Positions 1-10,105 of a stretch of 34,186 nt of DNA are shown here, piece after piece. Source of the DNA: Octopus bimaculoides. Taxonomy: Eukaryota. The stretch is taken from NCBI RefSeq assembly GCF_001194135.2, contig NC_068985.1, positions 34,509,006-34,543,191 of the forward strand. Direction: 5' to 3'. A program made the translations under genes and the position numbers. Below the pieces are notes generated by a model that saw nothing but the letters and a program-made list of their open reading frames with translations, had not been told where the DNA came from and did no database searches. Within the stretch, counting starts at the first letter, position 1; each line of letters begins with the position of its first letter.

Positions 1-414
1 TTTATTATTGAAATTACATTTAGTTTTATCTAAACATGTACAATTAATTATATCCTGGTCAACATTATTATTATTAAAATTAATATTAGAATAATTATTA
101 AATTTAAATTTATAATACTTATTTAACTTAAATTTATTAAAAGAAGAGATAATATTAGCAACATTATTAGTAGTAGAATAACCTACACCAAAATTATTTT
201 TAGAAAAAATATAATGATATTTTTTATTATCTCTAATGAATAAATCAATAACTTTTAAAACTTCATTAATAATGTTAGTTTTAACTTGAACGCCGTATGG
301 AATAATTAGCCAGAGTTTGTTCTTATTATAGATATTATTGAATTTATTATTGGTATTATTAAATTTATTATTATCATTAAAAAAATTAAAATAATATTTA
401 TATATATATAAATG
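1..414 (-). mobile_element. Penelope-like element ORF fragment (RT-to-GIY-YIG linker), extremely AT-rich, runs off the window edge
   Basis: Hand translation of the minus strand gives 138 stop-free codons: ...KLWLIIPYGVQVKTNIINEVLKVIDLFIRDNKKYHYIFSKNNFGVGYSTTNNVANIISSFNK...CTCLDKTKCNFNNK. This aligns by eye with the PLE linker pattern (IWFNPPF..NVKTNI...LIDKHF...IFNRN...SYSC..N...II.SHN...CxCx5C) and with the same segment of the second PLE at ~25500-25680. Confidence 0.75.
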
Positions 415-425
415 TTATGTGAACA

Positions 426-1132
426 GAGATATGCTGTGTTTGAGAAGACCCAGTAAGCCAAGTGAGACTGTAACTGTAGCCTCTGCCAGTTTAGCATAAC
501 CAGTCCATTTAAGACTACCCTTCAATCATTAGGCAATAAACTGTGCTTGAGAAGACCTGTTGAGTCAAGTGAAATCATTGTTGTGGCTGATGCCAGTACC
601 TCCTGACTGGCAGCTGTACTGGTGGCATGTAAAAAGCACCATTCGAGCATGGTCGATGTCAGTGCCGCCTGGTTAGTCCTGTACTGGAGGCACATAAAAA
701 AAGTATCATTTGTGTGCAGCCATTGCCAGTGCTGCCTGATTGGCTTCCATGCCGGTGGCACGTAAAAAGCACCATTCAAGTTTGGTCGTTGCCAGTGCTG
801 CCTGACTGGCTCCCATGCTGGTCGCACATAAAACGCACCATTCAAGCGTGGTTGTTACCAGTGCTAACTGACTGGCTCCCATGCTGGTGGCATGTAAACA
901 ACACCATTCAAGAATTGTCAGTGACAGTACCGCTGGACTGGCCCTTGTGCCAGTGGCACATAAACAACACCCACTACTCTCTCAGAGTGGTTGGCGTTAG
1001 GAAGGGCATCCAGTTGTAGAAACCTTGCTAGATCAGATTGGAGCCTGGTGCAGCCTTCTGGCTTGCTAGTCCTCACTCAAACTGTCCAGTCCATGCCAGC
1101 ATGGAAAGCAGATGTTAAACGATAATGATGAT
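426..1132 (+). mobile_element. RTE-clade LINE 3' end/3'UTR with ~64-bp internal tandem repeats and (GAT)n tail
   Basis: Colinear with the 3' part of the RTE at 2976-4148. Ends ccatgccagcatggaaagcagatgttaaacgataatgatgat. About 6 copies of a gccagtgctgcctgactggctcccatgctggtggcacgtaaaaagcaccattcaag-type unit. Confidence 0.85.
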
Positions 1133-1829
1133 ATATATTCTTGTTCATATAACATCTATGTATATGTTATATGAACAGTAATATTTTGAAAACAAAAGTG
1201 TTTAGTATTTAATTTCATATAGATATTTGCATGTGTGTGTGTGTGTGTGTGCATGTACATGAAACTGATAAACTAAATATAATTAACAATAAAAATTTGC
1301 AGTTTTATTTTGATTAAAATATCACTGTCTTCAGAGCAAATCTTTTGACTGTTGTTCACTTGCTTCACTACTTCTGACTGTCACTCACTCTCACTCTGTT
1401 TATTGTTTTATTCTTCTTTCCCTATCATGATTGATGAGATATCCTGTTGTGTTTTATTATATGTAAGACATATACATATATATATATATATATATTGATA
1501 GATATTTACATATATAGCTAATTGTTGAATTAAACATTGATTATTCCCTCTTTTCTATGGCATATTTGATTATAGATACTGCTTTCTCTCTGTTAGTAGC
1601 ATTAAGAAATAATCCCCAAACCAAATGTGTGTATGTGTGGGTGCTATTTTCTCTTCTGATGTGTGCTTGATTGGCAGCAATGGCTATTCTTGTCTATGAG
1701 AATGCTGTTGATTAATATTGTTTAAAACAATAAGATTAAAAGATTACATAAAACAAAATGGTTGCATGAATAACATATTCTATTTGTTAAAATAATTATA
1801 GTGGGTTAATGTCAAGAACATGGTCTAAA

Positions 1830-1850
1830 CTACTGCTGCTACTACTACTA

Positions 1851-1894
<44 letters not shown>

Positions 1895-1982
1895 ACTACT
1901 ACTTCTGCTGCTGCTGCTGCTGCTACTACTACTACTACTACTACTACTTCTGCTGCTGCTGCTACTGCTACTACTACTACCT

Positions 1983-2035
<53 letters not shown>

Positions 2036-2057
2036 GCTGCTGTTGCTGCTGCTGCTG

Positions 2058-2108
<51 letters not shown>
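1830..2108. repeat. Compound trinucleotide microsatellite (CTA)n/(CTG)n
   Basis: Directly visible. It produces the spurious poly-Leu and poly-Val/Ala ORFs in the track. Confidence 0.98.
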
Positions 2109-2129
2109 TAAATAATAGTATAATTCTTC

Positions 2130-2345
2130 CTACTACAGGCACAAGGCCTGAATTTTTTTGGATGCAGTTTGGGGGCAAATCAATTACATCAATCCCAGTG
2201 CTGAACTGGTACCTATTTCACCAACCCTGAAAGGATGAAAAGCAAAGCCAACCTTGGCAAAATTTGCACTCAGAACATAAAACAGACAACTTGCTGCTAA
2301 GTATTTCGTCTGGTTATGCTAACAATTCTGCAAACTTGCCACTTT
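2130..2345 (-). mobile_element. tRNA-derived SINE, family A (degenerate)
   Basis: Colinear with 4160-4364. The reverse complement has a tRNA-like head (box A ggcagaat.gttag, box B gttc.aatt) and a gcctttcatcctttc.gggt central block. Confidence 0.8.
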
Positions 2346-2562
2346 TATTATAATAATGATGATGAAGAAGGAGGAGGAGGAGGAGGAGGGGTGATGATAA
2401 TGATGATGCCCTGTTGCAGTACCAGACAGTGGCACTCATGATGAGTTTACTGGGCGTCATATATTTGGCACCAGTATCACTTTGATGGCATGCACTACTC
2501 TCTCACTCAATAATAATTTATTTTTTGAACCAGTGGAAGACACGCGAGATGTCGAAATATTG

Positions 2563-2774
2563 TTCACAAGATAGCGAATGGCACTCTTCTTTTAATTTTG
2601 ACTCTATATCTTCAGGAGGAGTTACCTCAATCCTTTCTATATTAACCAAAATGAAGTAGATTGATAAATTTGTCAATCTACTTCATTTTGGTTAATATAG
2701 AAAGGATTGAGGTAACTCCTCCTGAAGATATAGAGTCAAAATTAAAAGAAGGGTGCCATTCGCTATCTTGTGAA
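2563..2774. repeat. 212-bp near-perfect spacerless palindrome
   Basis: 2563-2668 is the reverse complement of 2669-2774, centred on aaa|ttt. I count 2 mismatched pairs. Confidence 0.97.
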
Positions 2775-2905
2775 GTGGGTGCTTTTACGTGTTACCCACA
2801 CGAAGGCCAGTCAGGCAGTACTAGCAATGGCCACGCTCAAAATGGTGTATTTTATGTGCCACCCGCCCAAGAGCCAGTCCAGGGGCACTGGCAACAATCT
2901 CGTTC
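2775..2905 (-). mobile_element. RTE-family 3'UTR fragment
   Basis: Matches ~14990-15100 of the minus-strand RTE tail (gaaggccagtcaggc.gtact.gcaa.ggcca.gctcaaaatggtgtatttt). Confidence 0.75.
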
Positions 2906-2975
2906 GAAAATAATAATAATAATAATAACAATAATAATAATATTGATAATAATATATGCCCTGTTGCAGTACCAG

Positions 2976-4148
2976 GCAATAAACACTGAAAATGTGCAGA
3001 AAACATCTTCCGTCACATGCCAGGGGGAAAAACTAGAAGTAGTTGATATCTTCCATTACCTAGGTGACCAAGTCAGTAGCAGGAGTGGATGCTCTGAAAG
3101 TGTAGCTGCTGGAATAAGAATAGTTCAGAGATCTTCTACCTCTATTGGTGACAAAGGGCCTCTTGCTCAGAGTAAAAGGTAGACTGTATGATGCATGTGT
3201 GCAAACAGCCATGCTACATGGAAGTGAAACATGGGCCATGACTGCTGAGGACATGTGTAAGCTTGCAAGGAATGAAGCTAGTATACTCTGCTGGATGTGT
3301 AATGTCAGTGTACATACTCGACAGAGTGTAAACGCCCTGAAAGAAAAGTTGGACATAAGAAGAATCTGATGTGCAAGAGAGATGACTGTGCTGGTATGGT
3401 CATATGTTGGATATGGATGAGGACAGCTGTGTGAAAAATTGTCACACCCTAGCAGTTGAGGGAACCTGTGGAAGAAGTAGACCCAGGAAGACCTGGGATG
3501 AAGTGGTGAAGCACGACCTTTGAACATTGGGCCTCATGAAGGTGATCACAAATGACCAAGACCTTTGGAGATACGCTGTGCTTGAGAAGACCCAGCAAGC
3601 CAAGTGAGACCATAACTGTGGCCTATGCCAGTGCAGCATAAACGGCCCATTTAAGAGTACCCTTCAATCATTGGGCAATAAATTGCACTTGTGAAGACCT
3701 ACTGAGTCAAGTGAAATCATTGTCATCGCCGATGACAGTACCGCCTAATTGACAACCATGCTGATGGCATGTAAAAAGCACCATTCAAGCATGGTGGATG
3801 TCAGTGCTGCCTGATTGGTCCTGCGCTGGTGGCACATAAAAAGCACCATTTTTGAGTGGTCATTGCCAGTGCCACCTGACTGGCTCCTGTGCCAGTGGCA
3901 AGTAAAAAGCACCATTCGAGCGTGGTTGATGCCAGTGCTAGCAGATTGGTTCTGTGCCTGTGGCACGTAAAAAGCACCTTTCCAGTGTGGTCAATGCCAG
4001 TACTGCCTGGCTGGCCTTTGTGCTGGTGGCACATAAAAAGCACCCACTACACTCTCAGAGTGGTTGGCATTAGGAAGAGCTGTAGATACCTTGCCAAACC
4101 ATCCTATCTATGCCAGCATGGAAAGTGGACGTTAAATGACGATGATGC
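2976..4148 (+). mobile_element. 5'-truncated RTE LINE: ORF C-terminus (frameshifted) plus 3'UTR
   Basis: Translates to GEKLEVVDIFHYLGDQVS...KGRLYDACVQTAMLHGSETWAMTAEDMCKLARNEASILCWMCNVS...GRPRKTWDEVVKHDL, typical of the RTE post-RT region. Ends in the ccatgccagcatgg stem and (GAT)n tail. Confidence 0.9.
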
Positions 4149-4159
4149 CTGAATCCTTT

Positions 4160-4362
4160 TTATTATAAGCACAAGGCCTGAAATTTGAAGGGAGGGGCTA
4201 AGTTGATTACATCGACCCAGTGTTCACCTGGTACTTAATTTATTGACACCGAAAGGATGAAGGGCAAAAGTTGACTTCGGCAGAATTTGAACTCAGAATA
4301 TAGGGATAAAATACCGGTAAGCATATCTCCCAGTGTTCTAATGATTCTGCCAGCTTGCTACC

Positions 4363-4364
<2 letters not shown>
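4160..4364 (-). mobile_element. tRNA-derived SINE, family A
   Basis: Reverse complement begins aaggtagcaagctggcagaatcattag...ttctgagttcaaattctgccgaagtcaac, with pol III box A/B. Its head abuts an (AAT)n tract. Confidence 0.85.
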
Positions 4365-4404
<40 letters not shown>

Positions 4405-4413
4405 GTAATAGTA

Positions 4414-4472
<59 letters not shown>
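4364..4472. repeat. (AAT)n microsatellite
   Basis: Directly visible. Source of the poly-N/I/Y ORFs in the track. Confidence 0.98.
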
Positions 4473-6480
4473 CCCCTGGTATTGATAGAGTACCAAATTT
4501 CTGGCTCTCATTACTCTCGTCCGCACACAAAATGTTAGTAATACTATTTAATAGTATTATGAAAGACCCAGAAAAACTCCCCATTGGATGGCAAATGGCA
4601 TTACTTACCTCCTACCCCAAAATAATAAAACCAAAGACCCAAAAAACTACCGGCCTATAACTTGTTTGTATACTACCTATAAGATTTTGACATCTATTCT
4701 AGTGGAGAAAACATATACCTTTATGGAAGAGAATAACCTCGTTCCCACTGAACAAAAAGGATGCAGATGAGGCTCATACAGATGCAAAAATCAGCTCCTA
4801 ATTAATCACATGATCCTTGAGAACTGCCATAACAAGCGCAGAAATCTCAGCTATTCATGGATTGATTATAAAAAAGGCTTTGACAGCATACCACATTCGT
4901 GGATTCTGAAATCGCTGGACATTTTCAAAATTTCTCCTGTGATTTCAGATTTTTTAAAGTATAGTATGTCACTATGGAACATGAAACTGCAATTATATCA
5001 TTCTGATGGAGTATTGCTCTCAAACAATATTAGCATAAACTGTGGAATTTTCCAAGGTGACTCACTTTCACCACTAATTTTCTGCATAACACTAATACCA
5101 CTCTTAAGTGAACTGAATAGAACAGGGTATGACTACAAAATTGACAACAGGAAAATAAGCCATCTATTTTATATGGATGATTTAAAACTATATGGCAAAG
5201 ATGATGAAGAGCTTGAAGGACTACTACATGCTGTGAAAGGATTCAGTGATAATATCAGGATGGAGTTTGGCCTTGTAAAGTGTGCCAAAGCCACTTTTAA
5301 GAAAGGGAAACTGGTAAAGTCAAGTTNNNNNNNNNNAGTGAAATAATGAAAATTGATAGAAAAATCCGCAAGTTACTGACTTGTAAATAAGATGCACCAT
5401 CCAAAGGTAGATGTGGATCATCTTTACCTTCCCAGAGCTCAGGGGGGTTGAGGCTTGATCCAGCTTGAACTTACGTACAAAACCACCACAATCGGACTGG
5501 CCAAATACCTTGAAACAACCAATGATTGGATGAAACTTGTTGAAAAACATGAAAGACCGAAAAAAACTTCTCTCTATTCTGAAAGAGAGCAAAATATTCA
5601 CTACTGATCTCTTAGATACCCACCAGCTTGATCAGGTTGAAGGAAATGCTCCAACTGCTGCTGCAAAGAAAAGAAAATTAATTGCAAAGACAAAAGCACA
5701 TGAAAAATTAGATAGCAGATGGGAACAGAAACCTCTGCATGGCAAGTATGTGGCTCATAGCAAACAAACTGATGTCAACCAGAAATACATGCATCAGTGG
5801 TTATGAAGCTCAGGGCTAAAAGTAGAGAGTGAAGGTTTCATATTAGTTGCTCAAGACCAAAGCTTATTAACCTGGAACTACCAAGCCAATGTGATAAAAA
5901 ATGGAGCTGACCCAAAATGCCGATTCTGTAACGATGAGATTGAAACTATAGGCCACCTAATCTCAGGGTGTAGAGTCTTAGCACCTGTAGAATATAAAAC
6001 AAGATATGACAGAGTCGGCCAGTATTTACACTGGACAATATGTCGGCATTATAAAATGAAAACCACTGACAAATGGTATAAACACCATCCTGAAGCTGTG
6101 ACTGAGGGAGAAAATGTATCGATTCTCTGGGACTTCCCCGTACTTACCGACAAAACTATAAAAGCTAATACCGGATATTATTATAAAAGATCAGACAAAA
6201 AAGATGTGTTTATTAATTGGCATGAGTATTCCTTGCGATCATAATATAGCGGTGAAAGAATTTGACAAGATCAGTAAATATAAAGACTTGCTAATAGAAA
6301 TTGAAAAAATGTGGCACCACAAGGCGACTACTGTACCAGTGATTGTAGGATCTCTAGGAATGATAAAAAAGGTACTGAAACCTATTTGAAAATGATACCA
6401 GGCTTACAAGAAGTGCAAAAAATCATGTTAACTGGTACGACTCATGTACTGAGAAGAGCATTATCGCTGTGAAAACAACA
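4473..6480 (+). mobile_element. 5'-truncated R4/Dong-like non-LTR retrotransposon (RT + CCHC + REL endonuclease), disrupted
   Basis: RT motifs NYRPITCL, WIDYKKGFDSIPHSW, GIFQGDSLSPL, HLFYMDDLKLY, MEFGL.KC. Zn knuckle KCRFC...ETIGHLISGC. REL region ILWDF...KYKDL...PVIVGSLG. Contains stops, frameshifts and one assembly gap. Confidence 0.88.
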
Positions 6481-6499
6481 TCCATTCATGAATTTATTC

Positions 6500-6758
6500 A
6501 CGGAGGCAGTGACAAGTGACCAAAGCCTTTGGCAATATGCCGTGCTTGAGAAGACCTGACAAGTCAAGTGAGATCATAGTTGTGGCCAATGCCAGTGTCG
6601 CGTAACTGGCATGTAAAAAGCACTCACTTCACTTTTGGAGTGGTTGACATTAGAAAGGGCATCCAGCTGTAGAAACCATATCAAATCAGATTGGAATCTG
6701 GTGCAGCTCTCCACCATACTAGTTTTCACACAAACTGTCCAATCCATGCCAGCATGGT
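6500..6758 (+). mobile_element. RTE 3' fragment (short 3'UTR variant)
   Basis: Same terminal sequence as 2976-4148 but with only about one internal repeat unit. Confidence 0.8.
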
Positions 6759-6771
6759 AAGTAATACGTCT

Positions 6772-7060
6772 CTAAATCTCTGTCCATTCAGAGGATCCTT
6801 AAACTTCCGGATCCTTAAGCTTCTTTTCCACTCTAGTCACCTTCTGGGCAGCCATTTAGCCCTGTTCCTGAAGTTGCTAACTACTAACCGATGTTGTGGG
6901 ATGCATTGTTTACCTGGGAAAGTTTTAGCATTTATAAGTAGCCATCTTTCCTAGTCAATCTGACTAGTATATCCACGAGACTGGTAGGTGAACAGGTGAC
7001 TGGCTGGTTTCCTGAAGTTAGTTTTACAGATCATAATATCATTTGCATCACAAAACTCTA
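6772..7060 (-). mobile_element. RTE apurinic endonuclease-region fragment
   Basis: Minus-strand translation LEFCDANDIMICKTNFRKPASHLFTYQSRGYTSQID...FPGKQCIPQHRLVVSNFR. The T.F.K...H..TY...SQID and QHRLVV motifs are characteristic of the RTE APE domain end. Confidence 0.8.
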
Positions 7061-7089
7061 GCAGCTTGGTTCCCTCCTCATTCTCCATT

Positions 7090-7570
7090 TCTTTATTTTT
7101 CCTGTTTCTGGAAATTTTTTTTTGCGAAATACATAGAAAAATCCGAAGATTACGATTCCGAAAACAAAATGTTTGTAAAATTTCAATTTTTCAAAAAAAA
7201 AAGAAACACCTAACCCCCTCCCCTCCCAATTCTTGGCCTTCAAGCAGGCTATCCACATGCTAGAAATAACAGCTAAATCCCACAAAACTGCGATAGCATA
7301 ATGAAAGAAATATGTAATCAATCTGCCCATTTTCTGTTCCACTAACACATGATGTTTTGCGCTGGTCAAATGATTCTTTTTAATAACTGTGACATTAAAG
7401 TGTAGGTTTTTTTTTTAGAATCATAATCTCCATATTTTTCTACATATTTCGCAAAAAGAAATTTCCAGAAAAAGTGAAAAATGTAAAAAGTGGGAGATGG
7501 GGCGGGGGTTGAAATTTTGAAGTTCCGATTTTTGCAAAATTATTTTTCAGAATCAGAAATGTGGGATTCC
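7090..7570. repeat. Degenerate foldback/MITE-like element with internal inverted repeats
   Basis: ~7096-7170 (tttctggaaattttttttgcgaaatacatagaaaaat) is the inverted counterpart of ~7407-7480 (atttttctacatatttcgcaaaaagaaatttccagaaa). A second, weaker inverted match links ~7150-7230 and ~7480-7570. Confidence 0.55.
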
Positions 7571-7850
7571 GTAAAAAATGATCATCTATCAATAGTTAAT
7601 ATTAAAGCATAAAAAGTCAAAGAAATAGTGATCTTTTTCTTGAATTATCACACTTGCATTCATAATTAAATTTTGTGTTTCTTTATGTTGTTTGTTTTTT
7701 TTTGTTTTCTTTTTTTGTCGTATTTCAGTATACGTTACTATATCCTATAAACATTTTTTAATACATCTAATCTGAGAAACAGTTTATTTCAGATGTCATG
7801 CACCGCACATATATAGACAATAAACATATTTTACATTTCTAGTTTCATAG

Positions 7851-7892
7851 AGAAAGAAAATGCTTATGCTACTATTTCACTTGCATCTGATA
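7851..7892 (+). CDS. 42-nt phase 1-1 micro-exon, (x)KENAYATISLASD
   Basis: Acceptor ttctagtttcatAG, donor GTAAGT. Stop-free in phase 1 with an acidic YATI motif. Confidence 0.8.
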
Positions 7893-8315
7893 GTAAGTAT
7901 AATTAATGCCTATTAGTAAATAGCATTATAGTTCATATTACTCTCAAAATTATATTTCACCTCTCATTTGTTTGAGTTACTTCTCTGCATCCATAGTGGG
8001 GTACCAACTTGAAGAGTTTTAGTTGAATAAATTAACCCTTCTGCTTCTGCTTTTCCTATCAATTTCTTTTATTAAACAACTCAGTTACTCAAGGGAGGTA
8101 AACTAATCAGCACTGGTCAAATGTTGGGAAGATAAACACAAAGACAGATTTGCACACACGAAAACACACACACGAAAACACACACGTGCATAACATTATC
8201 ATGAACGTTATTTTTTCTGTTTCCCAAGTTGGCATAAGTAGGATTGTTCAACAGGATTCAGTAGATTAGAGGACCAGATCTTATTTCAATGTCTCAATGC
8301 TAAGGAGAATGCATT

Positions 8316-8706
8316 AGGTGTGGCTGTGTGGTAAATAGCATGCTTACGAACCACATGGTTCCAGGTTCAGTCTCACTGTGTGGCACCTTGGGCAAGTGTC
8401 TTCTACTATAGCCTCGGGCCGACCAAAGCCTTGTGAGTGGATTTGGTAGATGGAAACTGAAAGAAGCCCATTGTATATATGTATGTATATATATGCATGT
8501 GTGTGTATATGTTTGTGTGTCCGTGTTTGTCCCCCCACAACATCGTTTGACAACCGATGCTGGTGTGTTTATGTCCCCGTAACTTAGCGGTTCGGCAAAA
8601 GAGACAGTAGGATAAGTACTAGGCTTAGAAAGAATAAGTCCTGGGGTCGATTTACTTGATTAAAGGCGGTGCTCCAGCATGGCCACAGTCAAACGACTGA
8701 AACAAG
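8316..8706 (+). mobile_element. tRNA-derived SINE, family B, full length
   Basis: gtggctgtgtggtaa...ggttcagtc head, internal (TA/TG) microsatellite, cagtcaaacgactgaaacaag tail. Absent at the paralogous A2/A3 junction (~11520-11550). Confidence 0.92.
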
Positions 8707-8794
8707 ACAACAACAACAGGACTGATCATCTAGCCATATATTGAATATAAAAAGTCAAAGAGAAAGTGATCTTTTTCTTGATTTATCACACTTA

Positions 8795-9423
8795 TGTAGT
8801 GGTTAAATGAGTATCATGGTGAACAGATGCAAAAGGAATGTGTATGCCTTTGAAGTAAACAAAAGAGTGAATCGATTCATAGTAGAAAATAATTTATTCA
8901 CTGGATTTGCTGTTGGTACACATAATTCTTCATTACATGCAAAATGTTGACAACTGCTACGAGTTGCTAGAAATAGAAACTGGGTACATCTGTGGAAATG
9001 ATATGTCAGAAATGAATATTTATGTGTGTATACATAGTTCATCTGAGACAGTAGTCTACTGTAAAACTTTGAACATTGCTCTGGGTTTCTGCGAAAAGCT
9101 GTCATGTTGTAGACCTTTCTCGTCTGCCTGCTAAGCCTTTCTCCTTCACGTATGTCTGTTGACCACTGTATTTATAATAATTGTGGCAGCTAGAAGGACA
9201 GACATACTGCAGCAGAGGCTGCACCTAAATAGGTCAGCTCCTGTCCATTTGAACTTCGCCTGACATGGCTAAGGTCGTAGGTCAAAGAGAGATGATCAAT
9301 CACTTTTTGACAGGACAAAGAAAACCTGTTTTCACGCCTGTTGATCGTGGTGGTTTGGACGACTGAGAATTCTTAGATTCAGTTTCGAATCTAGGCTTGG
9401 AGAAGGAAGTGTTAATTTTTACA
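8795..9423 (-). mobile_element. Solo LTR (629 bp), TG...CA ends, 4-bp TSD CTTA
   Basis: ctta|TGTAGTGG...TTTTTACA|ctta. The empty site acacttatattggtaa is present in paralogous unit A3 (~11635). TATAAATA (~9172) and AATAAA (~8895) on the minus strand give the orientation. Confidence 0.8.
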
Positions 9424-9635
9424 CTTACATTGGTAATTAAATTTTGTGTTTCTTTATATGTTATTTTGTTTTTGTTTTGTTTTATTTCAGTATACTTTAC
9501 TATATCCTGATATTATATTATAATGCTATAAACGTTCTTTAATACATCTGATCCTAGAAACAGTTCATTTCAGATGTTATGTACCACACATATATAAACA
9601 ATAAACATATTTACTTTACATTTTTATTTTCATAG

Positions 9636-9677
9636 ATGAGGAAAATGCTTATGCTACTATTTCACTTGCATCTGATA
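9636..9677 (+). CDS. 42-nt phase 1-1 micro-exon, (N/D)EENAYATISLASD
   Basis: Acceptor tttttatttttcatAG, donor GTAAGT, stop-free. Confidence 0.82.
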
Positions 9678-9903
9678 GTAAGTATAATTAATGCCTATTA
9701 GTAAATAGAATTGTAGTTCATATCACTCTCATAATTATATTTTGCCTTTCACCTTTAACTTGTTTGAGTCACTTCTCTGCATCCATCTTGAAGAGTTTTA
9801 ATTGAATAAATTAACCTTCCTGCTACTTTTCCAATCAATTTTATTTACTAAACAACTCAGTTACTCAACCAGCACTGGTTGTCAAATGTTGGGAAGATAA
9901 ACA

Positions 9904-9907
<4 letters not shown>

Positions 9908-9949
<42 letters not shown>

Positions 9950-10105
9950 NNNNNNNNNNNNNNNNNNNNNNNNNNNNNNNNNNNNNNNNNNNNNNNNNNN
10001 NNNNNNNNNNNNNNNNNNNNNNNNNNNNNNNNNNNNNNNNNNNNNNNNNNNNNNNNNNNNNNNNNNNNNNNNNNNNNNNNNNNNNNNNNNNNNNNNNNNN
10101 NNNNN
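9908..10105. repeat. (GA)n microsatellite followed by a 156-N assembly gap
   Basis: Directly visible. Confidence 0.97.

Noticed and set aside
1-414. Mitochondrial insertion (NUMT), suggested by extreme AT content and the hydrophobic ORF at 306-497
   Set aside because: The open minus-strand frame matches the Penelope-like linker. I recognised no mitochondrial protein or rRNA motif.
590-960. CRISPR-like array of regularly spaced repeats
   Set aside because: These are contiguous degenerate tandem units without unique spacers, inside a eukaryotic RTE 3'UTR, and recur in other RTE copies. No cas genes.
1678-1715. Possible phase-1 terminal exon (x)MAILVYENAVD* with a YEN motif
   Set aside because: Weak acceptor (gattggcag), no homology to the array units, and it lies upstream of the array. 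Probably chance, though worth a glance in RNA-seq.
1809-2178. Poly-Leu and poly-Val/Ala ORFs (also poly-N/I/Y at 4287-4584 and HT/IY-rich ORFs elsewhere)
   Set aside because: Translations of microsatellites.
2661-3182. 173-aa ORF
   Set aside because: A chimera of the palindrome arm, RTE UTR fragment, (AAT)n tract and RTE ORF. Not a gene.
4473-6480. Intact or domesticated reverse transcriptase gene
   Set aside because: 5'-truncated with in-frame stops (e.g. TGA at 4768) and frameshifts. An ordinary dead copy.
9470-9580. Additional acceptor-like site ttttatttcAG|tatac in each A unit
   Set aside because: No consistent donor, and the downstream segment has length-changing indels between A1 and A2/A3, unlike the true micro-exons.
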